A stretch of 64,000 bases of DNA, taken from positions 33,229 to 97,228 of the forward strand of contig CAJFEE010000004.1 in the NCBI GenBank assembly GCA_904373265.1, written 5' to 3'. The notes below the pieces were generated by a model. That model saw only the letters and a list, made by a program, of their open reading frames with translations. It made no database searches and was not told the DNA's origin. Source of the DNA: Candidatus Harrysmithiimonas galli. Lineage in GTDB: Bacteria > Bacillota > Bacilli > CAJFEE01. The position numbers and the translations under genes were made by a program. Positions 23,261-33,220 of the stretch are shown here, in pieces. Position 1 is the first letter of the stretch. Each line of letters begins with the position of its first letter.

Positions 23261-24291
23261 CTATTCTGAAATAGAGCTATGCTCTTTTACATAGGTAAGT
23301 AAAGCATCAGAAATTTTATCAATTGGCAATTGTTTTTGTACAGCACCAATTTCATATGCGGCGCGAGGCATACCATAAACAACACAGGTCTCTTCATTTT
23401 GTCCGATTGTAAAAGCTCCATTTTTTTTCATGGTAAGTAGACCGTCTGCACCATCTCTTCCCATTCCAGTTAAAATTACACCAATGCTATTTTTTGCTGC
23501 ATGTTTGGCAACAGAATAAAACAGTGTATCAACAGATGGACAATGACCAGAAACTTTATCGCCTTCTTTTGAGTGAACAAACAATCCATAGATATCATGA
23601 TCTAATGTTAAATGTCGATTTCCAGCAGCAATTAAAACAACACCATTTTGAATTCGATCTCCTTCTTCAGCCTCCTTTACATGCATTTGACAGATTCGAT
23701 TGAGCCGTTCAGCGTATTGTCTTGTAAAGCCTGGAGGCATGTGTTGAACAACAAGAATACATGGAAAGTTTTTTGGCAAGTTTTTTAGTACCTGCAAAGT
23801 CGCATTGGTTCCCCCTGTAGAAGCTCCAATAGCAACTAACTGTTCAGATTGAATTTGTTTTTTGGGAATGTCATGCTGTTGAATTTTTATTCTAGGCAAA
23901 ATACAACTTTTCGTTTCAAAAGTTTGTATTGTTTTTTGTGTCAGCTCGTTTAGGAAACGAGACAGCTCTTGTTCTGAAAAAGAAGAGGGCTTGTTGATAT
24001 AGGTAATGGCAGACTTACTTCTAAAATCAAAAAATTTCGGTGCACCAACAACAATTGTAGGCAGAGGATGATGAATAAAGATATCATCCAATAAAGTTCT
24101 TTCTTCCAACAAAGTGGAAACAAAATTTAAAATAATAATATCTGGCTTGGTTTCATGAATGGATTTTAAAGTGGATGGTCTATTTTTTTCTGTTCCTACT
24201 ATTTGAATATTTTTTTGTTCATTAATTTTTTTTTTAATATTTCTCGTAATAAAATTGCATCATCTATAATAAAAACTTTAATCGGTTTCAT
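23261..24291 (-). pseudogene. CheB-like protein-glutamate methylesterase, reading frame broken in an A10 homopolymer
   Basis: ORF 23261-24112 holds an intact esterase domain (GASTGG, VVQHMPPGFT, GMGRDGADG). ATG 24291 opens MKPIKVFIIDDAILLREILKKK..., which stops after 30 codons. Adding 1 nt in the run at 24226-24235 joins both parts into about 343 aa. Confidence 0.7.
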
Positions 24292-24559
24292 TTTTTCATA
24301 GTGCCCCTTTCTGAAACATTTCTATAGATATAGTTCGATACAAAAGATCTTTAGATTTTGTCAGCTTTTTCAATAAAATAATTATAACCATTCTATCATA
24401 TTTTGTATAAAATTCCTTTGGTATGGATAGAAAAGTTTAAAGATATATGTTTATTTTAGGAGTAGAGGGTTTCCACAAAGAAAATTCAAGAAAATCATGT
24501 ATAATAGGATACAGAGAAATGAAAGGCATTGGAAAAAATTTAAGGTGTGAGAGAATAAA

Positions 24560-26068
24560 ATGAACGAGAAAAATTTATACTTAAGCATAATATATTTTTT
24601 GGTGAATCATGAAAAATTGCGATTGGAAAAAAGGACCAATCAGGAGGTGTGGTTTCGAAATACCGACAATATTGTATATGTGCTGGAGAGAAACGATTTC
24701 CCTTGGAAAAGACAGTATATTGAACGCACACAAAAGTTTCTTTCGGATTTTATGCAGACATATGCTGTGAAAGAAAGAATGCCACAAGTTATTCGTGTGA
24801 CTTTTGCTAAACGTGTACCCTATGAATTTACCGATCAAAAAGATATTGTGCGTTTTCGCAGTGGTCAAATGTTTCACTATATCGTATCTGAAAAAATTTC
24901 TCAGGAAAAATTTTCCAAGCTTGGAATGGAGTTTTTTCATCTTTCAGATCCTGTGACTTATTTGGAGAACACAGATCAGATTGAAAAGGAATTTTTTCAA
25001 CTGCCTGTAACAGAACCGCAAATATCTGAAGTATCCCCAAAAAATATGGTTATGCATATGCAAAAAAAAGCTGTTATAAATCCGATTTTTATTATAATCA
25101 TTGTAGCTTCATTTTTTCTTTGGCAAAAAATGGAATCAAGCGATTTATATAAGCTTATTGATCTTGGAGCAAAATTTAATCCATTAATTGTAGAAGGAGA
25201 ATGGTGGCGTTTCATTACACCTGTATTTTTACACAGTGGAATTTTACATTTAGGCATGAATATGATTGCGATGTATTATATTGGACAAGATGTAGAAAGA
25301 TTTTATGGAAAATGGCGTTATATCACCATTTTTATTTTGTCGCTTTTAGGTGGATCCATTGCCAGCTTTTTATTGAATACAAATGTATCGATTGGAGCAT
25401 CTGGTGCAGTTTTTGGTTTGTTTGGTGCAGTGTTGTATATTTGTCAATATTATAAATCCTTTATTTCACCAGTGTATCGCCGGAATATGTTTATGCTTAT
25501 TGGTTTTAATATTTTATTTGGATTTTTGTTGCCAGGTATTGATCAGATGGCACATTTAGGTGGTTTTTGTGTAGGCTTTTTTACTGGTGTTGCACTTGGA
25601 TTTCCAAAACAATCATTTGATTTTAAGCGTCTTACATTATTTGGATTTTTGTTGCTTTTTTTGGTCGGATTTTATATTTTAGGTGTAATAAAAAATACGG
25701 AGTCGGCAGAGAATGACTGGTTGGCTGGTGATTATTATGTTCAAAAAAATCAGTATGAAAAGGCTTATATCCACATTGAAAAAAGTATTGAAAAAGGGAT
25801 TTCTGATCAAGGAACGGCTTATTTTCAACTTGGCTATGTTCAAGCCAATTTACATGAATATGAAAAGGCGATAGAGTCTTTTACTTCTTCCTTAACATAT
25901 GATAATAGAAATGAATTGACTTATTTCAATCTAGCCCTTGTTTATGCAGAGCTTTCTCAATATGAAAAAGCTTTGCAAATGATTCAAAAAGCGCTTGAAT
26001 TTTCGCCGCAAAATCAAAACTATATTGCTTTAAAAGATCAAATTCTAAAACAGGAAGCAATTGATTAG
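24560..26068 (+). CDS. gluP: Rhomboid intramembrane serine protease with C-terminal TPR repeats (GluP-like)
   Basis: Rhomboid motifs WRFITPVFLHSGILHLGMNM, GASGAVFGLFGA and AHLGGF. The C-terminal TPR-like YFQLGYV...YFNLALVY. Confidence 0.85.
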   Translation: MNEKNLYLSIIYFLVNHEKLRLEKRTNQEVWFRNTDNIVYVLERNDFPWKRQYIERTQKFLSDFMQTYAVKERMPQVIRVTFAKRVPYEFTDQKDIVRFRSGQMFHYIVSEKISQEKFSKLGMEFFHLSDPVTYLENTDQIEKEFFQLPVTEPQISEVSPKNMVMHMQKKAVINPIFIIIIVASFFLWQKMESSDLYKLIDLGAKFNPLIVEGEWWRFITPVFLHSGILHLGMNMIAMYYIGQDVERFYGKWRYITIFILSLLGGSIASFLLNTNVSIGASGAVFGLFGAVLYICQYYKSFISPVYRRNMFMLIGFNILFGFLLPGIDQMAHLGGFCVGFFTGVALGFPKQSFDFKRLTLFGFLLLFLVGFYILGVIKNTESAENDWLAGDYYVQKNQYEKAYIHIEKSIEKGISDQGTAYFQLGYVQANLHEYEKAIESFTSSLTYDNRNELTYFNLALVYAELSQYEKALQMIQKALEFSPQNQNYIALKDQILKQEAID

Positions 26069-26077
26069 GAGACTGAC

Positions 26078-26281
26078 ATGAAAAGTATTTATGATATTCA
26101 ACAGTATTTAAAACAATATGGTACATATATTTATACAACTGATCGTTTGGTAGACATTGGATTGATGGAAAGAGAACTAAAGGAGCTGCATGAAGCACAG
26201 ATTTTGCCACATAATGAATATATCAGTGCGCTTTTTGTCATCAAGCAAGAATTGCAAAAAATAAATGGGAAAGATATGTAG
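26078..26281 (+). CDS. YqgQ-family small protein (DUF910-type)
   Basis: 67 aa, MKSIYDIQQYLKQYGTYIY.... Directly follows gluP, as in B. subtilis. Confidence 0.6.
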   Translation: MKSIYDIQQYLKQYGTYIYTTDRLVDIGLMERELKELHEAQILPHNEYISALFVIKQELQKINGKDM

Positions 26282-26605
26282 GAAAAGATACGAAATCATA
26301 TTTTGCGATAACAAAAAGATTCGTTTTGAGTTCTTTTAGAGAACATAAAGCAGTGTCGGATACACATTTTCATAATCTTCATAAATCCTTAAGAATTATT
26401 CTTTTTAAAAGTTAAGATATTCCAATTATAATGAGTGGTATCTGGTCTTAGATTTTAGCTAGAGCTTGTCTAAAAATGTAAAGATTTTGTGAAAGAAAGT
26501 CATTGATTTCTAAAACGGTTTGATATATATTAGGAATGCTAAATGATTAATGTTGCTAAAATTTTTGAATTTTGACTAAATTTAAGGTTATAGAGAGATG
26601 GAGGA

Positions 26606-28489
26606 ATGCATGTGAAACGTTTCAAAACGTCAAAATTATGGCCGATTTTACTTGCTGTTGTTTTCGTATGGTTAAACACGTATTTGATTAGTCGTTCAAC
26701 ATTTGAAATTGAATTGGAAAATAAAATGCAACAGTTTATTTATTTTATTAGCCCGCTGAGTTTGATTGTACTTTTGTTTGGTCTAACCATGTTCGCATCG
26801 GGGAAATCTCGAAAAAATTTCATATTGACCATCACATTGGTACTAAATTTTATTTTGGCGGCGAATGTTGTTTTTTACGGATTTTTTGATGATTTTATTA
26901 CACTTCCAGTTTTACTACAAACCAGCAATATGTCTGATTTGGGGTCTTCCATTATCGGTTTATTGAACATAAAAACATTTTTATGTTTTGCTAGCTTTCT
27001 TTTTTTGTTTGCTTATTTCTGGAAAAATAAAAAAGAATTGGATTTTAGTCCAATTTCTTTCCGAACAAAATCATCTTATTTTTTAACGGTTGTTTTGATT
27101 TTTGTTTTTAATTTGGGTTTGTCAGAAGCTGAACGTCCACAACTTTTAACACGTAGTTTTGATCGGAAAGTTCTTGTAAAAAATATAGGAATTTATAATT
27201 ATCATTTGTATGATATTGTGCTCTCGACTAAGACTTCAGCACAAAAAGCATTGGCAGATAGCACTGAGTTAATTGATATTGAAAACTATGTGAAATCCAA
27301 TGAAAAAAAACCAGATGATAAAATGTTTGGGTTGGCAAAAGATAAAAACATTATTTTAATTTCTTTGGAATCTATGCAAAATTTTGTAATTAATAATCAG
27401 GTAAATGGTAAGGAGATCACACCGTTTTTAAATGATTTTATTAAGGAAAGCTATTATTTTGATAACTTTTTTCATCAGACTGGTCAGGGAAAAACTTCAG
27501 ATTCTGAGTTTATTGTTGCAAATTCCTTATATCCAGTTGATCGTGGAGCGGTATTTTTTACGAATCCAAATAATACCTATAATGCACTACCAAATATTCT
27601 AAATCAAAACGGTTATTATACATCTGTGTTTCATGCCAATGACCGTTCTTTTTGGAATCGGGATATCGTTTATCATTCCTTTGGCTATGACCGTTTTTTT
27701 GATGTGGAGTCCTTTGATGTAAACGATGAAAATTCAGTTGGATGGGGTTTGAAAGATATTGATTTTTTCCAACAATCTGTGCAAATTATGAAGGATCTTC
27801 CACAGCCGTTTTATGCAAAGATGATTACACTTACAAACCATTATCCGTTTGATTTGGATCAAGAGGATCGTTATATTGAGCCGTTTGATTCAGGAGATAA
27901 AACAGTAGACAATTATTTCTTAACTGTTCGTTATTTAGATGAAGCAGTGAAAAATTTGATTCAGGAATTAAAAGATAATGGTTTGTATGAAAATTCCATT
28001 ATTATTATGTATGGAGATCATTATGGAATTTCTGAGAATCATAATACTGCAATGGAGAAATTTTTAGGTAAGGAAATTACACCATATGAAACGGTTCAAT
28101 TACAGAAAGTCCCGTTCATTATTCATATTCCAGGACAAGAAGGCAAGGTGATTCATGACGTCAGTGGACAAATTGATATTCGACCAACTATTTTAAATTT
28201 GCTAGGGATTTCCTCACAAAATATGATTCAATTTGGTCAAGATGTATTTGCAAAGGATAATCAACCTTTTACAGTACTTCGTGACGGTTCCTTTATTACC
28301 GATAAATATTTGTTTACAAATAATATTTTGTATGATGTAAAAACAGGAGAAAAAGTAGAAGATTTATCTGTTGTACAGCCTTATATTGAAAAGGCAAAAC
28401 AAGAACTTGGCTTTTCTGATAAAATCATTTATGGAGATTTGCTTCGTTTTTATAATGATGGAAACAAATCAGATAAGTCAAATCCATAA
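26606..28489 (+). CDS. LTA synthase family protein (LtaS/YqgS-like sulfatase-fold enzyme)
   Basis: Five N-terminal TM helices plus an extracellular domain with ISLESMQNF, HQTGQGKTSDSEF and YGDHYG motifs. The start could instead be GTG 26612. Confidence 0.85.
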   Translation: MHVKRFKTSKLWPILLAVVFVWLNTYLISRSTFEIELENKMQQFIYFISPLSLIVLLFGLTMFASGKSRKNFILTITLVLNFILAANVVFYGFFDDFITLPVLLQTSNMSDLGSSIIGLLNIKTFLCFASFLFLFAYFWKNKKELDFSPISFRTKSSYFLTVVLIFVFNLGLSEAERPQLLTRSFDRKVLVKNIGIYNYHLYDIVLSTKTSAQKALADSTELIDIENYVKSNEKKPDDKMFGLAKDKNIILISLESMQNFVINNQVNGKEITPFLNDFIKESYYFDNFFHQTGQGKTSDSEFIVANSLYPVDRGAVFFTNPNNTYNALPNILNQNGYYTSVFHANDRSFWNRDIVYHSFGYDRFFDVESFDVNDENSVGWGLKDIDFFQQSVQIMKDLPQPFYAKMITLTNHYPFDLDQEDRYIEPFDSGDKTVDNYFLTVRYLDEAVKNLIQELKDNGLYENSIIIMYGDHYGISENHNTAMEKFLGKEITPYETVQLQKVPFIIHIPGQEGKVIHDVSGQIDIRPTILNLLGISSQNMIQFGQDVFAKDNQPFTVLRDGSFITDKYLFTNNILYDVKTGEKVEDLSVVQPYIEKAKQELGFSDKIIYGDLLRFYNDGNKSDKSNP

Positions 28490-28792
28490 GTGAATGACTT
28501 CTAATATTGAGTGATAAAACATAAGGAAAATGTTTGTGCTCGGATTTGTTAGTCAGCTTGCTTTATAAAATGTTTTTATAAGGCAGCTATAAATATTGAT
28601 TTGGATTTATGAATTTGAAAAATCACATGGTATCACTTTTTTCAAGGATAAATATCATGTGATTTTCTTGTTTTAAAACCGTTTTTATTGTGTTGGTGAG
28701 GTATCGAAACGAAATAAAGTCAATGATTAGACTCAGAACAAAAGTGTTTCGTTGAAAAAAGTCTGTTTTCAATCAAGTTTTGGATAGGGTTT

Positions 28793-28898
28793 CTGTATTG
28801 GTGAGATCTTGTAGAGAGAAGAATCAAGCAAGATCAATATTTTACAATAAGCTTATGTTCTGTTTGAGGGAAACGAATCAATGTTAAAGCCATTTTTG
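28793..28898. repeat. Copy A of a dispersed ~110-bp intergenic repeat
   Basis: Aligns by eye with 31887-31996 at roughly two-thirds identity. Near-identical core atcaagcaagatc(a/g)atat and shared 3' end gaatca-atgt-aag-gccatttttg. Confidence 0.6.
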
Positions 28899-29110
28899 TT
28901 CTAGCACCAATCTAAAAAAGCATTCATAGGAAAACCAAATGAATTTGTATATCAACGTGAAATATTATAAAATTTATTTTTTTAAATGAAAGTGGGTATT
29001 GGTAAAAATATTCATTGGTTCTTATTGTTTCTCAAGCTTGTAGCTTATGTGCAAAGTTTTAGTTCTTACAGGATTTATTTTTCCATAGCGTATAGGGGAG
29101 GGAATAATCA

Positions 29111-30064
29111 ATGAATATTTTCCATTATCAGGAGTTATATGAAAAATGGAGTCAGGATGCAAAGAAAATAGCCAGTATGTATCAAACCCCTGTGACTTCC
29201 AAAAAATTTCGTATGTGGGTCTATGATTTACAAGTAAGATATCCGCAAATTCAAATTCGCACTTTGGCGTATACGATTTCTGGAAATGAAATCATTGAGG
29301 TGCGTGTTGGAGAAGGGCCAGTTCAGTTGCATTTGAATGCTGGAATGCATGCAAATGAATCAATATGTACAAATTTGCTCATGGCATTTATTTCACAGTA
29401 TTTATTTGTTTTATACTGTAAATCGGAGGATCATTCAGAATTTCATAGGATGTTTTGTAAGTTTACCTTATCTTTTGTTCCGCTTATCAATCCAGATGGA
29501 ATTGATTTGTTATATGATCCAAAAGCCATTCCTTATGATTTATATGAAAGGGCACTTCAGATTGGTCAAAATTGTATAGAGGTGACACAATGGAAGGCCA
29601 ATATTTGTGGTGTTGATTTAAATAATCAATTTCCAGCGGTCTGGGAAAAGATTTTTACGCTGCCATTTAAAGTCAATAAACCAGCACCACGGGATTTTCC
29701 GGGATATGCACCATTGACAGAAAATGAAGCATTGGCTTTGTATGATTTGGTTTATCAAAATCAATTTCAAGCAGTTCTTTGCCTGCACACGCAAGGAGAA
29801 GAATTTTACTGGGGATTTTTAGATTATGAGCCGGATTTGTCACAAATTCAAGCTGAGCTTTTTGAGGCTGTCAGTGGGTATCGAGCGGTGCGCACCATTG
29901 AAAGTTATGGTGGATTTAAGGATTGGTTTATTTTGACATTCCAAAAGCCGGGTTTTACAATAGAAGTTGGATCGGGTATAAATCCTTTACCGCTTTCTGA
30001 TTTTGAAGTATGCAGAAAAAAAGTGAATGAAATATTATTTAGCTATCTTTTTTTCTATGTATAA
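29111..30064 (+). CDS. M14-family zinc peptidase (gamma-D-glutamyl-L-diamino acid endopeptidase, YqgT-like)
   Basis: Zinc motif HANESICT (HxxE) with a later His in CLHTQGEEFYWG. Position matches B. subtilis yqgT. Confidence 0.7.
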   Translation: MNIFHYQELYEKWSQDAKKIASMYQTPVTSKKFRMWVYDLQVRYPQIQIRTLAYTISGNEIIEVRVGEGPVQLHLNAGMHANESICTNLLMAFISQYLFVLYCKSEDHSEFHRMFCKFTLSFVPLINPDGIDLLYDPKAIPYDLYERALQIGQNCIEVTQWKANICGVDLNNQFPAVWEKIFTLPFKVNKPAPRDFPGYAPLTENEALALYDLVYQNQFQAVLCLHTQGEEFYWGFLDYEPDLSQIQAELFEAVSGYRAVRTIESYGGFKDWFILTFQKPGFTIEVGSGINPLPLSDFEVCRKKVNEILFSYLFFYV

Positions 30065-30093
30065 TAAGTTGAATAGGTATACGGGGGCTTTTC

Positions 30094-31173
30094 ATGTTGT
30101 TACGTCGGTCATATTTGTATATATTGCTATTCACTTGTCTTTTGACAGCTTGTGTAGGAGATGTAAAAGAGAAAGACTCTTTTTCTGCACATAATTCAGT
30201 TCCTTCGTTGGATCAAGTGATTTCACCGATTGATAAAAGTGCATTTTATTTTATAGAAATTGTTGACTTTTTAGCGCAGGATACAATTTTATTAAATCGA
30301 CAAACCGAAGCATTTTTTGAACTTGTTATTAGAAACTTATTTACAGGAAAAGAAGAAATTTTTTATCGTACGGCACATCCGATTATTATGGCTACACCGA
30401 ATCCTGATAACAGCAAAATTATGGTTCAGGAAAGTATCAATGAGACTTCGGCGCGCCTTTCTGTTATCAATCTAAAAGGTGAGTTGCTTTGGGAAAAAGA
30501 TTATGTCGGAACAGAGGTGCAGTGGTATTGGAATCCGTATCGAATGAATGAGGTTTATGTTCAGTCTTTTGCTCAAGATTGGTCCTTTGAAACAGAACGA
30601 GTACAATTGGATCAGAACTTTTCTGAAAATATTTCATTTGAATATCCGTTTTTTCAATGGATTCATGCAGATGAGATTATATATTTGGATTGGGATCCGG
30701 AAATATTACAACAAACGACCAATTTAGTAAAGAAAAATTTACAAACAGATGAAACGGAAATTCTCGCACAGAATGCTTATGCTTTTTCTGTTCAAGATGG
30801 AGTACTGATTATTTTTTCGGTTGTAGAAAAAGAAAAACCATATGCACAGATTACTGTATTACAACTGGATGGTACAACTGTTTTTTCTTATCATGAACCG
30901 TTGCAAAATAGCTTCTCTGAGAATCTTTTGGTACCACAATTTGCTTATTCTGCTTTTCAAAATGGTCTATTGTTTTATCTGACAGATGAGTCAGAGGAGG
31001 GTTTTCAACTATATTTTGGTTCAGATGAGAAGTTAGAAAAGTTAGATCAGCCTTATAAGGGGATGCTTCCGATTTGTACATATGCGAAAAGTCCGTATAT
31101 TTTAGTAGGATATCAAAAAGAATGGATTTATAATATGAATACAAAACAATGGTATTCTATGTATCAAGAATAA
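30094..31173 (+). CDS. Lipoprotein of unknown function (YqgU-like)
   Basis: Signal peptide with lipobox LLTAC. Assignment by position only. Confidence 0.5.
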   Translation: MLLRRSYLYILLFTCLLTACVGDVKEKDSFSAHNSVPSLDQVISPIDKSAFYFIEIVDFLAQDTILLNRQTEAFFELVIRNLFTGKEEIFYRTAHPIIMATPNPDNSKIMVQESINETSARLSVINLKGELLWEKDYVGTEVQWYWNPYRMNEVYVQSFAQDWSFETERVQLDQNFSENISFEYPFFQWIHADEIIYLDWDPEILQQTTNLVKKNLQTDETEILAQNAYAFSVQDGVLIIFSVVEKEKPYAQITVLQLDGTTVFSYHEPLQNSFSENLLVPQFAYSAFQNGLLFYLTDESEEGFQLYFGSDEKLEKLDQPYKGMLPICTYAKSPYILVGYQKEWIYNMNTKQWYSMYQE

Positions 31174-31189
31174 AAAGAGGTGAACAAAA

Positions 31190-31819
31190 TTGATAAAGTG
31201 GATACGAATTGAAACGGCACCGATTGGTATGAACACATATCTTCTGGAAAATGAAAAAAGGGAATGTTTAATTTTTGATGTGGGTGGCAGCCCAAAACAG
31301 ATTATTGAACGAATTCAATCTAAAAATTTGCAGCCGTTGGCTATTGTTTTAACACATGCGCACTTTGATCATATTGAAGGAATTGATACATTGTATGAAA
31401 CCTTTTCTTTACCGATTTACATGAGTAAAAAAGAAAAAGATTGGTTGACAGATGGAACATTAAACGGTTCACAATATTTTTATTCTAGAACAATCGGTGC
31501 TTTTAAACCAAAGGAGATTTACTTTTTAGAACCAGGCATGCAGCAAATTGGTTCTTTCATATTTGAAGTTAGGAATACACCAGGACATAGTCCAGGTAGT
31601 CTGAGCTTTTATTTTGAAAAGGAACGGTTTGCGGTTACAGGTGATGCTCTATTTTATGGTAGCATTGGGAGAACAGATTTGGCTTATGGTGATCATAAAC
31701 AGTTGATTCAAAGTATTCAGGAACAATTGCTTAGCATGTCAAATGAGGTAACAGTTTTGCCAGGACATGGAGAAACGACAACAATTGGTTTTGAACGTAC
31801 ACACAATCCTTTTTTATAA
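31190..31819 (+). CDS. MBL-fold metallo-hydrolase (YqgX-like)
   Basis: TTG start after AAAGAGGTG. Motifs: THAHFDHIEG, HSPGS, TGDALF, GHG. Confidence 0.85.
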   Translation: MIKWIRIETAPIGMNTYLLENEKRECLIFDVGGSPKQIIERIQSKNLQPLAIVLTHAHFDHIEGIDTLYETFSLPIYMSKKEKDWLTDGTLNGSQYFYSRTIGAFKPKEIYFLEPGMQQIGSFIFEVRNTPGHSPGSLSFYFEKERFAVTGDALFYGSIGRTDLAYGDHKQLIQSIQEQLLSMSNEVTVLPGHGETTTIGFERTHNPFL

Positions 31820-31886
31820 AAAAATAGGAAATTGAATCAAAAGGTTTTCTGTAGAAAATCTGATTTAAAGCTATTTTTTGAAGGAG

Positions 31887-31996
31887 CTGTATTGATAAAG
31901 TTTTTATAGGAAAAAGGATCAAGCAAGATCGATATGTTTTGCGGTAAGTGTGGCTTGCCAAAGGAAATTGAATCAGATGTGAAGAAGCCATTTTTG
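31887..31996. repeat. Copy B of the dispersed ~110-bp intergenic repeat
   Basis: See copy A at 28793-28898. Lies between convergent yqgX-like and regulator genes. Confidence 0.6.
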
Positions 31997-32223
31997 ATTT
32001 TGTTTCAATTCCAACGCGATTTTTAATCGGTTAAGAAAATAACTTTGTAGATTTAAAAGACTCTCTCTTCTTTTATCCAATAAAAAAGAAGGAAAATGAG
32101 GATCGATTACTTAGGATGATCATTTGAATAATGAAAAATAATGGAAGTGTATTAAATAAATCGGAATAAAATTCTCTCACAAATCAAGATGCTTTGGTTT
32201 TGAGAGATTTTTTTATCAAGCAA

Positions 32224-32919
32224 TTATAGATCCATTTTAAAATTACAAGTTTTATGTTTACAGTCGGATAAATGGTTTAATTCTACCACATTAGCTTCAG
32301 GAAATAAAGTATTGACCATGCTGCGTAAAAAGAAGGCGTGCATAGTACAAACATTGGAATTGTTTTGAATGGATAATTCACGAAACGGACAATTTTTCAC
32401 ATCAAATTCAATAGTTGATTCATCAACAGCATGAAATGATGAATAGAATCCAAGATTTGCGCATGCTTCTTTAAGAATGGTGAGCTTCTCATCTTTATTT
32501 AGATCTTCCAGCCGTTTACCTCTTTGAAATAATAGATTTATAATCATTTCTTTTCCGTATTTAGATCCCACCTCGCAAAATGCTTTGATTCCAGCCGCTC
32601 CAAAAGAAAGCAAAGTTTCTAAAGCGATTTTTGCCAGCAGTTGATAGTCACGGTAAGGAAAATGTAGCTGAACAACTTCTTCGGATAGGTGATAAATTTT
32701 ACTTGGTCTTCCGCCTTTTCCAGTTTTTCTGGTTTCAGAAACGATTAAATGAATTTCTTCTAATTTGCTTAGATGCAGGCGTGCAACATTCGGATGAATA
32801 TTGAATTTTGTTGCAACATCTTGTACGGTTATATCCTCTAATTGTTCATTAATAAATTGATAGATCTGGAACCGAGTGGGATCAGATAAGACACTTGTAA
32901 TTTTTAATGTATGGTTCAT
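32224..32919 (-). CDS. Winged-helix (ArsR/COG2345-like) transcriptional regulator with Cys-rich C-terminal domain
   Basis: N-terminal LSDPTRFQIYQFI...VQDVATKFNIHPNVARLHLSKLEE wHTH. The C-terminal half has 6 Cys, including NCPF...VCTMH...DCKHKTC. Confidence 0.6.
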   Translation of the reverse strand: MNHTLKITSVLSDPTRFQIYQFINEQLEDITVQDVATKFNIHPNVARLHLSKLEEIHLIVSETRKTGKGGRPSKIYHLSEEVVQLHFPYRDYQLLAKIALETLLSFGAAGIKAFCEVGSKYGKEMIINLLFQRGKRLEDLNKDEKLTILKEACANLGFYSSFHAVDESTIEFDVKNCPFRELSIQNNSNVCTMHAFFLRSMVNTLFPEANVVELNHLSDCKHKTCNFKMDL

Positions 32920-33220
32920 GACGTTTATACTCCTATAGTTAAAATAAATTTATCATTGCTACTATTATAATATAAGAAACTTGAAATACCAAGAAATATA
33001 TTGTTATTATCCGTTTCTATCTTTTAAATCCTAGGAAGGCAAAGAGGAACAAAACATAAAATTTAATTTTTATGTGTAAATAAGTGAAAAGATATATTTT
33101 TTATATTCTTTTTTAAAAAAATATGTTTGGATAGTTTAATTTTCAGTTTTTCTATATCAAAATAAACAAAAGGATTTTGTAGAAAGGTGTAGAAATTTTT
33201 CGGAAAAGGAGGTGAAAAAA

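Noticed and set aside
33060-33211. ComK-box-like AAAA-N5-TTTT motifs upstream of comGA
   Set aside because: Several A4/T4 runs exist, but their spacings (N6 and similar) do not fit the paired ComK-box geometry. In DNA this AT-rich such runs are expected by chance.
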